Assembly: GCA_041737125.1 (NCBI GenBank)
Contig: JBGSSJ010000014.1
Location: 1,533 to 65,532 of the forward strand
Direction: 5' to 3'
DNA length: 64,000 bases
DNA from: Minisyncoccia bacterium
Lineage (GTDB): Bacteria; Patescibacteriota; Minisyncoccia; Phycocordibacterales; UBA9973
Shown here: in pieces, positions 17,727 through 26,964 of the stretch
Numbering within the stretch: position 1 is the stretch's first letter
Layout: every line of letters begins with the position of its first letter
Notes under the pieces: generated by a model
Told to the model about the DNA's origin: nothing
The model's database searches: none
The model's input: the letters and a program-made list of their open reading frames with translations, nothing else
Program-made: the position numbers and the translations under genes

Positions 17727-18365
17727 ATGCGGAAAATTACTGACATATACAAAGAATATAAGATAATGCCGAATTTAGCATTGCATCAGCTACGCGTAGC
17801 GGCTGTAGCTAGGCAAATTTGTGATAGCCTCGATATAAACGTAGATAAAGAGTCGGTTATTGTGGCTTGCCTCCTACATGATATGGGCAATATTATTAAA
17901 TCTAAGTTAGATTATTTTCCTGAATTTGTAGAACCCAAAGGCTTACCGTATTGGAAAAATGTTCAAGATGAGTATATTAATAAATATGGTAGAGATGAAG
18001 ATGAAGCTACGGTTAAAATAGCAAAAGAAATAGGCTTATCTGATGAGAAAGTTTTATTTATTCATGAAATTGTAGCTCATTTAATTAAAGATGATCCGAA
18101 AACAGTGAATGCAGATATTGCTTCTCTTATATGCAAGTACTCCGATATGCGTGTTGGACCAAAGAATATTATGCCATTACGTCAGAGACTAGAGGAATGG
18201 CAAAAAAGAGATAGTAGAATTAGTATAGAATACATGGAAATGACCTTTAGCATTTTTAATAAAGTAGAAAATAAAATTTTTGCACACTCAAATATCAAAC
18301 CGGAAGATATAAATGACGAATCGGTGAAAGATATTATCGAAGAATTGAAAAATTTTGAAATTTAA
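17727..18365 (+). CDS. HD-domain phosphohydrolase
   Basis: 212 aa; H...HD motif (LLHDMGNIIK) with downstream His and Asp. Confidence 0.65.
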   Translation: MRKITDIYKEYKIMPNLALHQLRVAAVARQICDSLDINVDKESVIVACLLHDMGNIIKSKLDYFPEFVEPKGLPYWKNVQDEYINKYGRDEDEATVKIAKEIGLSDEKVLFIHEIVAHLIKDDPKTVNADIASLICKYSDMRVGPKNIMPLRQRLEEWQKRDSRISIEYMEMTFSIFNKVENKIFAHSNIKPEDINDESVKDIIEELKNFEI

Positions 18366-18417
18366 ACTCTAAATACAACTTGAAATGATGTCAAAAGTGT
18401 GTTCGTTTGTAAAAAAA

Positions 18418-18446
18418 CTTGCACACTTCGCTGTGTTAAGTATAAT
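18418..18446 (+). promoter_or_regulatory. Sigma70-like promoter (TTGCAC-16-TATAAT) about 230 nt upstream of the RNase J-like gene
   Basis: cTTGCACacttcgctgtgttaagTATAATtt; a hairpin plus T-run (atccttc...gaaggatttttt) follows near 18590-18640. Confidence 0.4.
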
Positions 18447-18675
18447 TTAAGTAGGGTTATTTGATTTGTATTACCTAGATCATATTTTATAGGGGAGAGA
18501 GTGTTTTGATATAGTGCTGTAACGTTATTAATGTGAACAAATCTATATCATCCCCAATCCCACTTAGCTTAACGCTACGGTAATATCCTTCAGATAGTCC
18601 TAATAAGAGATTCTTCTACTAAAATGGAAGGATTTTTTATTTTCACAATATAAAAAATGATTTTTTCAGTATATA

Positions 18676-20064
18676 ATGTATAATAAGGAACATATGACAA
18701 ATGATACAAATCTAAAGGTTACGTTCTGTTCGGGTGCGGGGACTGTGACGGGTTCAAATTTTTTATTAGAAGGCAATGACAAGAAGTTTTTAATTGATTG
18801 TGGGCTTATCCAAGGAGAGAAATTGGCTGAAGATACGAACTGGGATCCATTCCCATACGATGTGCCTTCTATAGATATACTTTTTATTACTCATGGACAT
18901 ATAGACCACATAGGTCGCATACCGAAGCTTATAAGTGAAGGCTTCCAAGGGAAGATTATATCTACTATTCCCACTAAAGAGATTACAGAAGTAATGCTTG
19001 CCGACACTGCGCACATACTTTCTCGTGAGAAAGAGCTCGGCCTCGATAAAATTTATACAGAAGAGAATATTAAGAAAGCTCTCCACATGTGGGAGACTCT
19101 CGAATACCATCAAGTTCTAAATGTAGATCATGGTTTCCAATTTTCTTTTAAAGACGCAGGACATATTCTAGGCTCTGGAATGCTTGAGATTGTTTATAAT
19201 GGGAAGAAAGTAGTCTTCACTGGCGACCTTGGCAATTCACCTTCACCACTTCTTCCAAACACAGAGATAGTTACCGATGCAGATTATCTAATCATGGAGT
19301 CTGTGTATGGTGATCGTAATCATGAACACAGAGATATAAGAAAGGAAAGGTTAGAAGAGGTCATTAAGGCCAATTATGATCGTAAGGGTACACTCATGAT
19401 ACCGACATTCTCACTCGAGCGTACTCAAGAGCTACTTTATGAATTAGATTCACTAGTAGAGAATAATAAAATACCAAAGATGCCCATCTTCCTCGACTCA
19501 CCACTAGCCATAAAGCTTACTGATGTGTATCTAAAGTATGAAAAATATTTTAATGAAACTGCCAAGAAGATCATAGCCACAGGGAATAGACTATTCGAAT
19601 TCGAAGGCCTAAAGGAGACTCCAGATACAGACCAATCAAAAGGTATCCTCACTGCCCCAAATCCAAAGATTGTTATAGCAGGTAGTGGTATGTCGAACGG
19701 TGGTCGTATTATTCACCACGAGAAGAATTACTTACCAGATAAGAATAATACTATACTCCTAACTGGTTATCAGTCTGTAGGTACTCTAGGGCGCTCCATA
19801 CAAGAGGGTATAAAGTCCATACATATACAAGGCGAAGAAATACCTCTTCGTGCTCATGTAGAGATGGTCAGTGGCTATTCAGGGCATAAAGACTCTGATC
19901 ACTTACTTGAGTTCGTTAGCTACACTGCAGAGAAAGTAAAGAAAGTGTTCGTAGTTATGGGAGAGCCCAAGTCTTCACTTTACCTCGCACAGAAATTACG
20001 CGATAATCTAGATATAGAAGTACATACCCCTGAAGCAGGAGAATCAATTATCCTTAAGTGTTAA
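18676..20064 (+). CDS. Metallo-beta-lactamase/beta-CASP ribonuclease (RNase J family)
   Basis: 462 aa; HGHIDHIGRIP (HxHxDH), beta-CASP region, C-terminal His; shorter than typical bacterial RNase J. Confidence 0.7.
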   Translation: MYNKEHMTNDTNLKVTFCSGAGTVTGSNFLLEGNDKKFLIDCGLIQGEKLAEDTNWDPFPYDVPSIDILFITHGHIDHIGRIPKLISEGFQGKIISTIPTKEITEVMLADTAHILSREKELGLDKIYTEENIKKALHMWETLEYHQVLNVDHGFQFSFKDAGHILGSGMLEIVYNGKKVVFTGDLGNSPSPLLPNTEIVTDADYLIMESVYGDRNHEHRDIRKERLEEVIKANYDRKGTLMIPTFSLERTQELLYELDSLVENNKIPKMPIFLDSPLAIKLTDVYLKYEKYFNETAKKIIATGNRLFEFEGLKETPDTDQSKGILTAPNPKIVIAGSGMSNGGRIIHHEKNYLPDKNNTILLTGYQSVGTLGRSIQEGIKSIHIQGEEIPLRAHVEMVSGYSGHKDSDHLLEFVSYTAEKVKKVFVVMGEPKSSLYLAQKLRDNLDIEVHTPEAGESIILKC

Positions 20065-20070
20065 ATTTTT

Positions 20071-20691
20071 GTGAAAATCAATCCTCATAAAACTGAACAT
20101 CTTTGTTATAATGGTCCTATTGGTAATGGAGATAAGAATAATCATATTAAGATTAAGATTGGAGTATCTGGTGCAGCAGAAACTGGGCTTTGTGGTGCAA
20201 ATGCCTTTGCCCAAGGTAAAGAGCTGGGCCGCCAGATAGTCCTTCAAGGTGGAGTACTAGTCACAGGAGCAACCACCGGCTTCCCATTATGGTCTGCTAT
20301 TGGTGCTAAAGAGGAGAGAGGTGTCAGTATCGGACTCTCTCCTGCAGCGAACGAGCGCGAGCATGTAGATGCATATAGACTACCACTTGATTATATGGAT
20401 CTGATTATTTATACAGGTTTTGGTTTCCCTGGCAGAGATTTACTTTTTACTCGTAGTTGTGATGCTATTGTTATCGGATGTGGACGAATAGGCACAATAC
20501 ATGAATTCACAATCGCATTTGAAGATGGTAAGCCCATAGGTATACTCGAAGGGGACTGGACCATGGATGAGACTATTAGAGATATCATTGATAGGAGTGG
20601 TAGACCAAATGATAGAATAGTTTTCGACAAAGACCCTGAAGTTCTAGTAGAGAAAGTTATAGAAATGGTTGAAAAGATAAAGATAAAATAA
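20071..20691 (+). CDS. LOG/TIGR00725-type Rossmann-fold nucleotide-binding protein
   Basis: 206 aa; IGVSGAAE...GGVLVTGATTG...GLSPA...DAIVIGCGRIGT pattern typical of the LOG/SLOG family. Confidence 0.55.
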   Translation: MKINPHKTEHLCYNGPIGNGDKNNHIKIKIGVSGAAETGLCGANAFAQGKELGRQIVLQGGVLVTGATTGFPLWSAIGAKEERGVSIGLSPAANEREHVDAYRLPLDYMDLIIYTGFGFPGRDLLFTRSCDAIVIGCGRIGTIHEFTIAFEDGKPIGILEGDWTMDETIRDIIDRSGRPNDRIVFDKDPEVLVEKVIEMVEKIKIK

Positions 20692-20727
20692 AACCCCTCC
20701 GACCTGGGTCGGAGGGGTTTTATTTTA
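20690..20727. terminator. Bidirectional rho-independent terminator between convergent genes
   Basis: aaaacccctccgacc-tgg-gtcggaggggtttt with A-run and T-run flanks. Confidence 0.75.
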
Positions 20728-21066
20728 TATTGCTTTTACTATTCTCTCGAATGTTTGTGGATTCTTATTTGCAATGTCGGATAAGATCTTGCGGTCAATT
20801 ACTATGTTCTTCTTCTTTAGGCCATCGATGAACTTACTGTATGTTATGCCCATTGGACGAACCGCAGCATTGATACGTAGTGTCCATAAGCTTCTTGCAT
20901 CTGCCTTCTTGTCTTTCCTGTGGGCAAATGAGTATGCACCAGCGTGAGCAATAGCTTCTGTTGCTTGAGCAACCTTTGTACTACGACCGAAACGATAACC
21001 TTTTGTTTGAGCAAGAATATTCTTCTTGCGCTTACTCTTCATTGGACCTCTTTTTACTCTTGTCAT
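20725..21066 (-). CDS. rplT: 50S ribosomal protein L20
   Basis: 113 aa; MTRVKRG...KGYRFGRS...SFAHRKDKK L20 signature. Confidence 0.9.
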   Translation of the reverse strand: MTRVKRGPMKSKRKKNILAQTKGYRFGRSTKVAQATEAIAHAGAYSFAHRKDKKADARSLWTLRINAAVRPMGITYSKFIDGLKKKNIVIDRKILSDIANKNPQTFERIVKAI

Positions 21067-21098
21067 ATTGATTAATTAAATTAATAATTGTTAATTTA

Positions 21099-21296
21099 TT
21101 AGTTACTTGCGTTGGCTAAATATGTACGACGATTCTTGTTGGAAATAGCGAAGTCATTCATCTTCTTGCCATTTAATTGCTTTCTACGAGACTGCTTGGC
21201 ATTGAAGTGGTTGAAGCCTGGAGCACGTGACAGTATCTTGCCTTTCTTTGTAACTTTTAGACGCTTTGTTAATGATTTGTTTGTTTTTATACTCAT
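21099..21296 (-). CDS. rpmI: 50S ribosomal protein L35; start taken at the internal Met (MSIKTNKSL...)
   Basis: Small basic protein between infC and rplT; KRLKVTKKGKILSRAPG resembles L35. Confidence 0.7.
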   Translation of the reverse strand: MSIKTNKSLTKRLKVTKKGKILSRAPGFNHFNAKQSRRKQLNGKKMNDFAISNKNRRTYLANASN

Positions 21297-21300
21297 ATAA

Positions 21301-21834
21301 TTATTTTGATATTGGTGCAACCGGTGCCCCTCTATCCTTTTCTATTGTAATAGTTGGACCTTTTGGACCTTTCTTGTAAGCTTCCGCTACTTTGAAATTC
21401 TCAGTTATAAGATGAAGAACTCTGTCTAATCTTTCTTTTAAGAATGGATCTGGCATATATTTGGATCTTCCTGAGAGGAATAATTCTACTTTTATGCGAT
21501 GTCCTTCCTTTAGCCACTCTGAAGCTTTGCGAGCTTTGAGTGCAAGATCATTATCACCTGTACCTATCTTTATTTGTATAGATTTGGTCTCGGTGGTTTT
21601 GGCTCCTGCTTTGGCTTTCTTCTGTTTCTTATTCTGTTCGTATTGGTATTTACCAAAATCTGCTATTTTTACTATCGGTGGATTTGTATTTGGGGAAATT
21701 TCAATCAAGTCAAAGCCTTGAGCTTGGGCCATAGCAAAGGCATCTTTAAAACTTAAAATACCAAGGTTTTCACCGGTGCTTGAGATTACGCGAATCTCAT
21801 TGGCTCGTATTTGATTGTTGATTCTTTCTCTCAA
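21301..21834 (-). CDS. infC: Translation initiation factor IF-3
   Basis: 177 aa; INNQIRANEIRVISSTGENLGILS, IEISPNTNPPIVKIADFGKYQYE. Confidence 0.9.
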   Translation of the reverse strand: MRERINNQIRANEIRVISSTGENLGILSFKDAFAMAQAQGFDLIEISPNTNPPIVKIADFGKYQYEQNKKQKKAKAGAKTTETKSIQIKIGTGDNDLALKARKASEWLKEGHRIKVELFLSGRSKYMPDPFLKERLDRVLHLITENFKVAEAYKKGPKGPTITIEKDRGAPVAPISK

Positions 21835-21932
21835 TTTTATGTAATCCTTCCGATAAAATAATAGATTGTCTTACTCTTTGGCAAGACTGGCCTACAAAAC
21901 AAATACTAGCATATCTATGTTAGTATGGCAAT

Positions 21933-22769
21933 ATGGAGGACACTATGATAATAGCTTACAAAAATATGGGGGAAACACCCCTTGCATGCCTAGAGAGGGT
22001 ACGCCAAGAGCGCTCTCTTCCTGCAAATCTTCCTATGACTTATGCAGGCCGGCTAGACCCTATGGCAGAAGGTGTCATGATTATACTTTTGGGGGAGGAG
22101 TGTAAGAATAAAGATAAATATCTAGGCTTAGATAAGATATATGAATTTGAAATATTGGTAGGTTTTGCAACTGATACTTATGATTTATTAGGAATGGTGC
22201 TAGAGTCCTCGAATGAAGGATTACGAACGGTCTGGCCGAGCTTCCAAAAGAATTCGGCGAGGAGATCCGAGGACCTGAGTAATTCTTCATTGGAGGATGG
22301 AAGGGAAAATCTTTTTTCCGGCTTTACTCAAACTTTCCAATCTTTCATCGGCACATTTGTACAGAAGTATCCGAGCTTCTCTTCGAAGACGATAGATGGC
22401 AAGCAACTTTTCCAACTTTCTAAAGATGATAATTTACCAGACGAGCTTCCATCTCATACCGTGACGATTAGCGAACTATTATGTACTAGTACATGGATAC
22501 AAAAGAAAGATGAGTTAGAGACGGAAATAAAGAGGCGCATAGGACTTGTTCATGGTGACTTCCGCCAAGAAGAAATATTAAATAGATGGCATGAAGTTTT
22601 GGAGAACTTAACACAAGAATCTTTCAAGATTATTGCGTGTACAGTGTCTGCTAGTAGTGGCACATACGTTAGACAACTAGTCGCTGATATCAGTGAGAAG
22701 ATGGGAATTCCTATGACAACTTATTCTATAAAACGTACGAATGTAGGGGAATACAAGCTAAATTCATAA
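21933..22769 (+). CDS. truB: tRNA pseudouridine synthase TruB-family protein carrying an in-frame insertion
   Basis: 278 aa; catalytic motif YAGRLDPMAEGVMIILLGEE (GxLDPxAxG); the insertion ...KNSARRSEDLSNSS... is encoded by the 45-nt repeat at 22230-22274. Confidence 0.65.
   Translation: MEDTMIIAYKNMGETPLACLERVRQERSLPANLPMTYAGRLDPMAEGVMIILLGEECKNKDKYLGLDKIYEFEILVGFATDTYDLLGMVLESSNEGLRTVWPSFQKNSARRSEDLSNSSLEDGRENLFSGFTQTFQSFIGTFVQKYPSFSSKTIDGKQLFQLSKDDNLPDELPSHTVTISELLCTSTWIQKKDELETEIKRRIGLVHGDFRQEEILNRWHEVLENLTQESFKIIACTVSASSGTYVRQLVADISEKMGIPMTTYSIKRTNVGEYKLNS
22230..22274. repeat. Short dispersed repeat, copy A, in frame inside truB
   Basis: gtctggcc-N22-cgaggagatccgaggac; the same 8-mer and 17-mer with the same spacing recur at 57952-57997 inside ligA. 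Confidence 0.5.
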
Positions 22770-22773
22770 AATA

Positions 22774-24111
22774 CTAGCTTATGTATTTATTTGCTCTCTC
22801 TATGAGTTCCTCTGCGCGAGCTTTATCACGTGCTTCAGCCCAGATGCGCATAATAGGCTCAGTGTTGGAAGAGCGTAGTTGGACCCATGAAGAGTCGGGG
22901 AAGTCCACACGGATACCGTCTTGTAGATCCACTTTCCCTTCTTTAAACTCAAGGGCTACTTTCTCTAGTATGCCTTTAATCTCTCCAGTGAATACTATTT
23001 TCGTTTTAATGAATTCATACCGAGGTAGGCTCTCTACTATCTCAGATACTTTCTTACCTTCACGAGTTATAAGCTCAAGTATGAGCGCCATACCCACGAG
23101 ACTGTCGCGGCATAAATTTATTTTCGGATATATTACTCCGCCACTACCTTCACCACCTATAACTGCATTGTGTTCGATAATGCCTCGGACTACATTCCCC
23201 TCACCAACACTTGTACGATAATTTATAAAACCTTTTTCTTTTACCAAGTCCTCGCTTGTATTTGAAGTCGAGACATTCGTGACTATATCACCAGGATTTT
23301 GACTTAGGACATTTTTAATACATAGAGCAAGCATATATTCCTCGAGCACTATCTTGCCTTGCTCGTCACATATGACTAGTCTATCTGCGTCGGGATCTTG
23401 AGCGAAGCCTATGTCGGCGCCAACTTCTCTTACTTTGTCGCCCAATGATTGTAAGTTGATAGCGAGTGGTTCGGGCATGTGAGCGAAGTTCCCATCAGGC
23501 TCGCCATTCATAACTGTGACTTCGCATCCAAGATGCTCAAGTAGCATAGGCCCGAGCTTGTATCCTGCTCCATTGATAGTGTCGATGACTACTTTCCACT
23601 TCTTCTCTTTTATCTTCTCTTTATCTACATTATCCACGACATGATTTACATGGAGTACATCTATGTCACTATTCTCGGACACTGATCCACCAGGGACTTC
23701 TTTTGGTTTCTTGCCTAGATAACTTTTTATTTCGGCTAGTTCCTGAAAATCTAAATAGAAGGCCTTCTTATCGAATAATTTAATACCGTTATATTCCGGA
23801 GGGTTGTGTGAAGCGCTAATCATAATACTGCCATCAAATGGTGTCGTCCTTTGTAGGAATAGAAGGGTAGGGGTAGGTAGTATTCCTGTATCTACCACTT
23901 TGAAGCCTGCCTTGGTAAGTACATCTATAGCTATATTTATAATAGTAGGGCCTGATTTACGAGTGTCTCTACCTAGGATCACTTTCTTCGCACCTTTGTT
24001 CTGTAGATAGACAGCGTAGGCTTCAATATGGGTGCGAGCTATGTCCTCGGTCAGAGTCTCACCCCAGACTCCACGAAGTCCCGATATTCCAAATTTTGCT
24101 TCATTTACCAT
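22774..24111 (-). CDS. glmM: Phosphoglucosamine mutase / PGM-PMM family protein; start taken at MVNEAKFGISGLRG
   Basis: FGISGLRG N-terminus, active-site loop ISASHNPPEYNGIKLF, four-domain length; ORF trimmed from the upstream in-frame extension. Confidence 0.7.
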   Translation of the reverse strand: MVNEAKFGISGLRGVWGETLTEDIARTHIEAYAVYLQNKGAKKVILGRDTRKSGPTIINIAIDVLTKAGFKVVDTGILPTPTLLFLQRTTPFDGSIMISASHNPPEYNGIKLFDKKAFYLDFQELAEIKSYLGKKPKEVPGGSVSENSDIDVLHVNHVVDNVDKEKIKEKKWKVVIDTINGAGYKLGPMLLEHLGCEVTVMNGEPDGNFAHMPEPLAINLQSLGDKVREVGADIGFAQDPDADRLVICDEQGKIVLEEYMLALCIKNVLSQNPGDIVTNVSTSNTSEDLVKEKGFINYRTSVGEGNVVRGIIEHNAVIGGEGSGGVIYPKINLCRDSLVGMALILELITREGKKVSEIVESLPRYEFIKTKIVFTGEIKGILEKVALEFKEGKVDLQDGIRVDFPDSSWVQLRSSNTEPIMRIWAEARDKARAEELIERANKYIS

Positions 24112-24245
24112 AGCCTTATAATACCAGGGTAAAACTGATAAACCAAATTCCAAAAGGTCCATAACCCTACTTACTTGACTATTTATGCATATAGTTGTAT
24201 TATTTATACGAACAGGAATCACATTTTTCATCCATAAAAACAAAA

Positions 24246-24476
24246 ATTATGGAAAATATGAATCATCAAGATGAGTTCGGCTATACCCCAAAATGGTATA
24301 TGTCGATGGGTTTTTTTTCCTTATCAATTTTTATTTGCATCATTGTTATGATGTTAATAAAACACCCTGAGGATGAAAACTTGGGACTTTATCCTTTTGT
24401 TTTTGTAGGCTCTTTAGGGCTTGCAATATTGCTCTTTTTAAGAGCTTTTTATCTTAAAAAAAGACAACAAGGGTAA
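24246..24476 (+). CDS. Small hypothetical membrane protein
   Basis: 76 aa from the internal Met (MENMNHQDEF...), two hydrophobic helices; weak support. Confidence 0.3.
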   Translation: MMENMNHQDEFGYTPKWYMSMGFFSLSIFICIIVMMLIKHPEDENLGLYPFVFVGSLGLAILLFLRAFYLKKRQQG

Positions 24477-24608
24477 AAATGGTAAAATTTACTTTACTAC
24501 AACAGACAACTGCACTTATTAACCCTAAGAACAGTTGTTTTTTTATGCCTAAAATTTCTTTGACTATTTTTGAGTTTCGTGGTAATTTAAAATAAAAAAT
24601 TTAAAAGC

Positions 24609-25019
24609 ATGAGAAATGAAAAAACCACGCTGTATTTTTGGCTATCAGCGTTAGCCGTATCCGTATTGGGTCTAGTGATTACCTTGTGGGTTGTTGAGAA
24701 TTCACAAAATTATCGTTTTAGTAAGATACTGTGTTCATTCATAGCGCTACTATCGATATGGGAACTTAGGCCTTATATTGTGGAAAGGTTCGGGTATCTT
24801 TATATACCCGTAAAAGTGATTGAAAATAATAAAACCCGATATTCTAAAATCCGGTACTACAAGAAAAAAGATTTGTACGAACTAAAAGAAAAAGATGGTT
24901 CGTACCGGGAATTAACAATAGGGGAAATCCAACTATTTCAATCTTCCTCTAACGTAGGACCCGGGCAAAAAATTGTCCTTAATTTTTCAGAACTAAACAA
25001 AAAAATCAAAAGCGCCTAA
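24609..25019 (+). CDS. Hypothetical membrane protein
   Basis: 136 aa; two N-terminal TM helices then a soluble domain; no family recognised. Confidence 0.4.
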   Translation: MRNEKTTLYFWLSALAVSVLGLVITLWVVENSQNYRFSKILCSFIALLSIWELRPYIVERFGYLYIPVKVIENNKTRYSKIRYYKKKDLYELKEKDGSYRELTIGEIQLFQSSSNVGPGQKIVLNFSELNKKIKSA

Positions 25020-25105
25020 TGTTTAGAAAAATTATTAATGCATCGCCTTATTACAAGAGCGGTGCATTTTAGTTTCACCTATCAATAATATGTTAATATA
25101 AGTAT

Positions 25106-25549
25106 ATGACACTTTTGATAGACAACAGGAAAGCACACTTTAATTATGAGGTTGTAAGCCGATACGAAGCAGGTATTGAGCTTTTGGGCTTGGAAGTGAA
25201 GTCTATCAAGAACGGCCGAGCGATACTTGCTGGAGCATTTGCTATAGTGCGCGGAGGTGAAGTCTATCTTATGAATATGCAAATCCCACCTTACCAAGTA
25301 GGGAACACCCCGCTTGATTATGACCCGACTCGTACTCGCAAGCTCTTGCTAAGTAGGAAACAGATTAATGAAATAGCCCCGAATGGTGACATGAAGAGTT
25401 TGACGCTAGTACCATTATCATTGTATAGTAAAGGGCGCTTGATAAAAGTAGAACTCGCTGTCGTAAAAGGTAAGAAGAATTACGACAAGAGGGAGACCAT
25501 AAAGAAGCGGGAGACAGATAGGGAGATAGATCGCGAGTATAAGAGATAA
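25106..25549 (+). CDS. smpB: SsrA-binding protein SmpB
   Basis: 147 aa; KAHFNYEV..., GIELLGLEVKSIK, DPTRTRKLLL motifs; lies immediately upstream of the tmRNA. Confidence 0.9.
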   Translation: MTLLIDNRKAHFNYEVVSRYEAGIELLGLEVKSIKNGRAILAGAFAIVRGGEVYLMNMQIPPYQVGNTPLDYDPTRTRKLLLSRKQINEIAPNGDMKSLTLVPLSLYSKGRLIKVELAVVKGKKNYDKRETIKKRETDREIDREYKR

Positions 25550-25651
25550 TTACAAATGACGAGTTACGAATTACGAATGGAGCCCACTTGGATTTCATTA
25601 TTAATTAGTAATTTGAAATTCGTAATTAAAATTTTCTTTGAAAATTTATAT

Positions 25652-26044
25652 GGGACTGACGGGCTTCGACGAAGGATCGTCCTCATAAATATGCATGTAA
25701 AGTACCCAGGAATCTTTTAAAACTTCTTGGAAAAGACTAAGTGCAAACAAAGTCGCTTCAATTAAATCACCTTACTCTTTTGGGTTTGGTAATTTAGTTC
25801 CTGCTGTCGCCTAAACGGTCACACAGGTGTCTCTCTTATCGACATCCGATACATAGGGGAGGCATAATTTATCGGGTTACGAATCTATCACTGCTTGAGT
25901 TAGATTCCGACAATGAAGAGCTCGGTGTTCACTTTTTTTGTTTGTTCTCTAGAGTGAATATTTAAACCAAATGAACATACTACACATGTAGATTTATTTA
26001 TGAACATCTTTTGCATCTGGGTTCAACTCCCAGCAGTTCCACCA
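25652..26044 (+). ncRNA. ssrA: tmRNA (SsrA)
   Basis: 5' GGGACUG pairs with 3' CAGUUCC including a G3-U wobble (Ala identity); GGGTTCAACTCCC T-arm, discriminator A, CCA at 26042-26044; tag ORF GCA...TAA (25743-25814) encodes ANKVASIKSPYSFGFGNLVPAVA*; adjacent to smpB. Confidence 0.85.
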
Positions 26045-26079
26045 TTTCACACCCCTAACTTTATCCCCACCTACTTATT

Positions 26080-26108
26080 GATGCATTTATTCTATCTAGT
26101 ATAATTAT
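26080..26108 (+). promoter_or_regulatory. Sigma70-like promoter (TTGATG-16-TATAAT) inside direct repeat A downstream of the tmRNA
   Basis: TTGATGcatttattctatctagTATAATta; a related box (TTGACG...) sits in repeat copy B at 26333. Confidence 0.35.
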
Positions 26109-26480
26109 AAGTAAGATTGTATTATTTTTTCTTTGTATAAAAGAAAAAAGAGCTTTCCTAACGAGGTCTAAATGAAGGGTAGGCCCAATGCGCCCTTTGT
26201 TTCTAAAAATTCTTTTCTTGCTTTGGATTTTATCTAAAGTAAAATAACTTATATTGTGGGTGTGGGGATGTAAAGAGCGTGTGCTAAGGTTTACCTTGCC
26301 ACGCTTCTTTTTTTATCCCCACCCATCTATTGACGACATATTGTATTTTATGTACCCTAAAAAGATAAGTTTGTTTTTAGTTTTTTACAATCTCCTGAAC
26401 TGAGGACTCAGGGAACAAAGAAATTAAAAACAAATTCAGATCTTTCAACAATTTTTTTCATCATTTAAATCTTACGATCT

Positions 26481-26855
26481 ATGAAAAAGTTAATTCTTTT
26501 CCTGTCGTTGATTATGTTAGTAGGCATTGCTTTTGCCTACACACCTATGGCCTCACCACAGACAGAGGACCAACAAGTGGCTTCCGATTTTGTTTTTGCA
26601 GCTATTATTGTACCTGATGCCGCAAACTGCCAGGAGTGGCAAAGTTTCACTACCGACATTGTGGCTACTCTTGGTATAAAAGTTGGTGGCGAAAATAAAC
26701 TGGAAGAACAAGCAAGCAACAGCGGCGCGATAAAAGCAGGCAATCCCGGGGAGGTGGATTATTCTATGAAAACACATATAAATGTTAATTCAGAAAATAA
26801 CACTACCGATGCAACAGCCGTAAACACGATGGAACATTTCGTTCCCCGTGAGTAA
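26481..26855 (+). CDS. Small secreted protein
   Basis: 124 aa; signal peptide MKKLILFLSLIMLVGIAFA, then a polar Ser/Thr/Asn-rich domain. Confidence 0.5.
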   Translation: MKKLILFLSLIMLVGIAFAYTPMASPQTEDQQVASDFVFAAIIVPDAANCQEWQSFTTDIVATLGIKVGGENKLEEQASNSGAIKAGNPGEVDYSMKTHINVNSENNTTDATAVNTMEHFVPRE

Positions 26856-26964
26856 GTGCCCGTATAATTTTAACAAATGCAGTACCAGTGCAATTGAGTG
26901 TAGAGGGATTATTCCTTCTGCACTTATTTTTTTTATCCACCTTTTCGTGTATAATACTCCTACC

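Noticed and set aside
26045-26480. Integrated element or prophage at the tmRNA 3' end
   Set aside because: No integrase, recombinase or phage gene follows, and the direct repeats do not duplicate the tmRNA 3' end. I interpret them as promoter-associated repeats instead.
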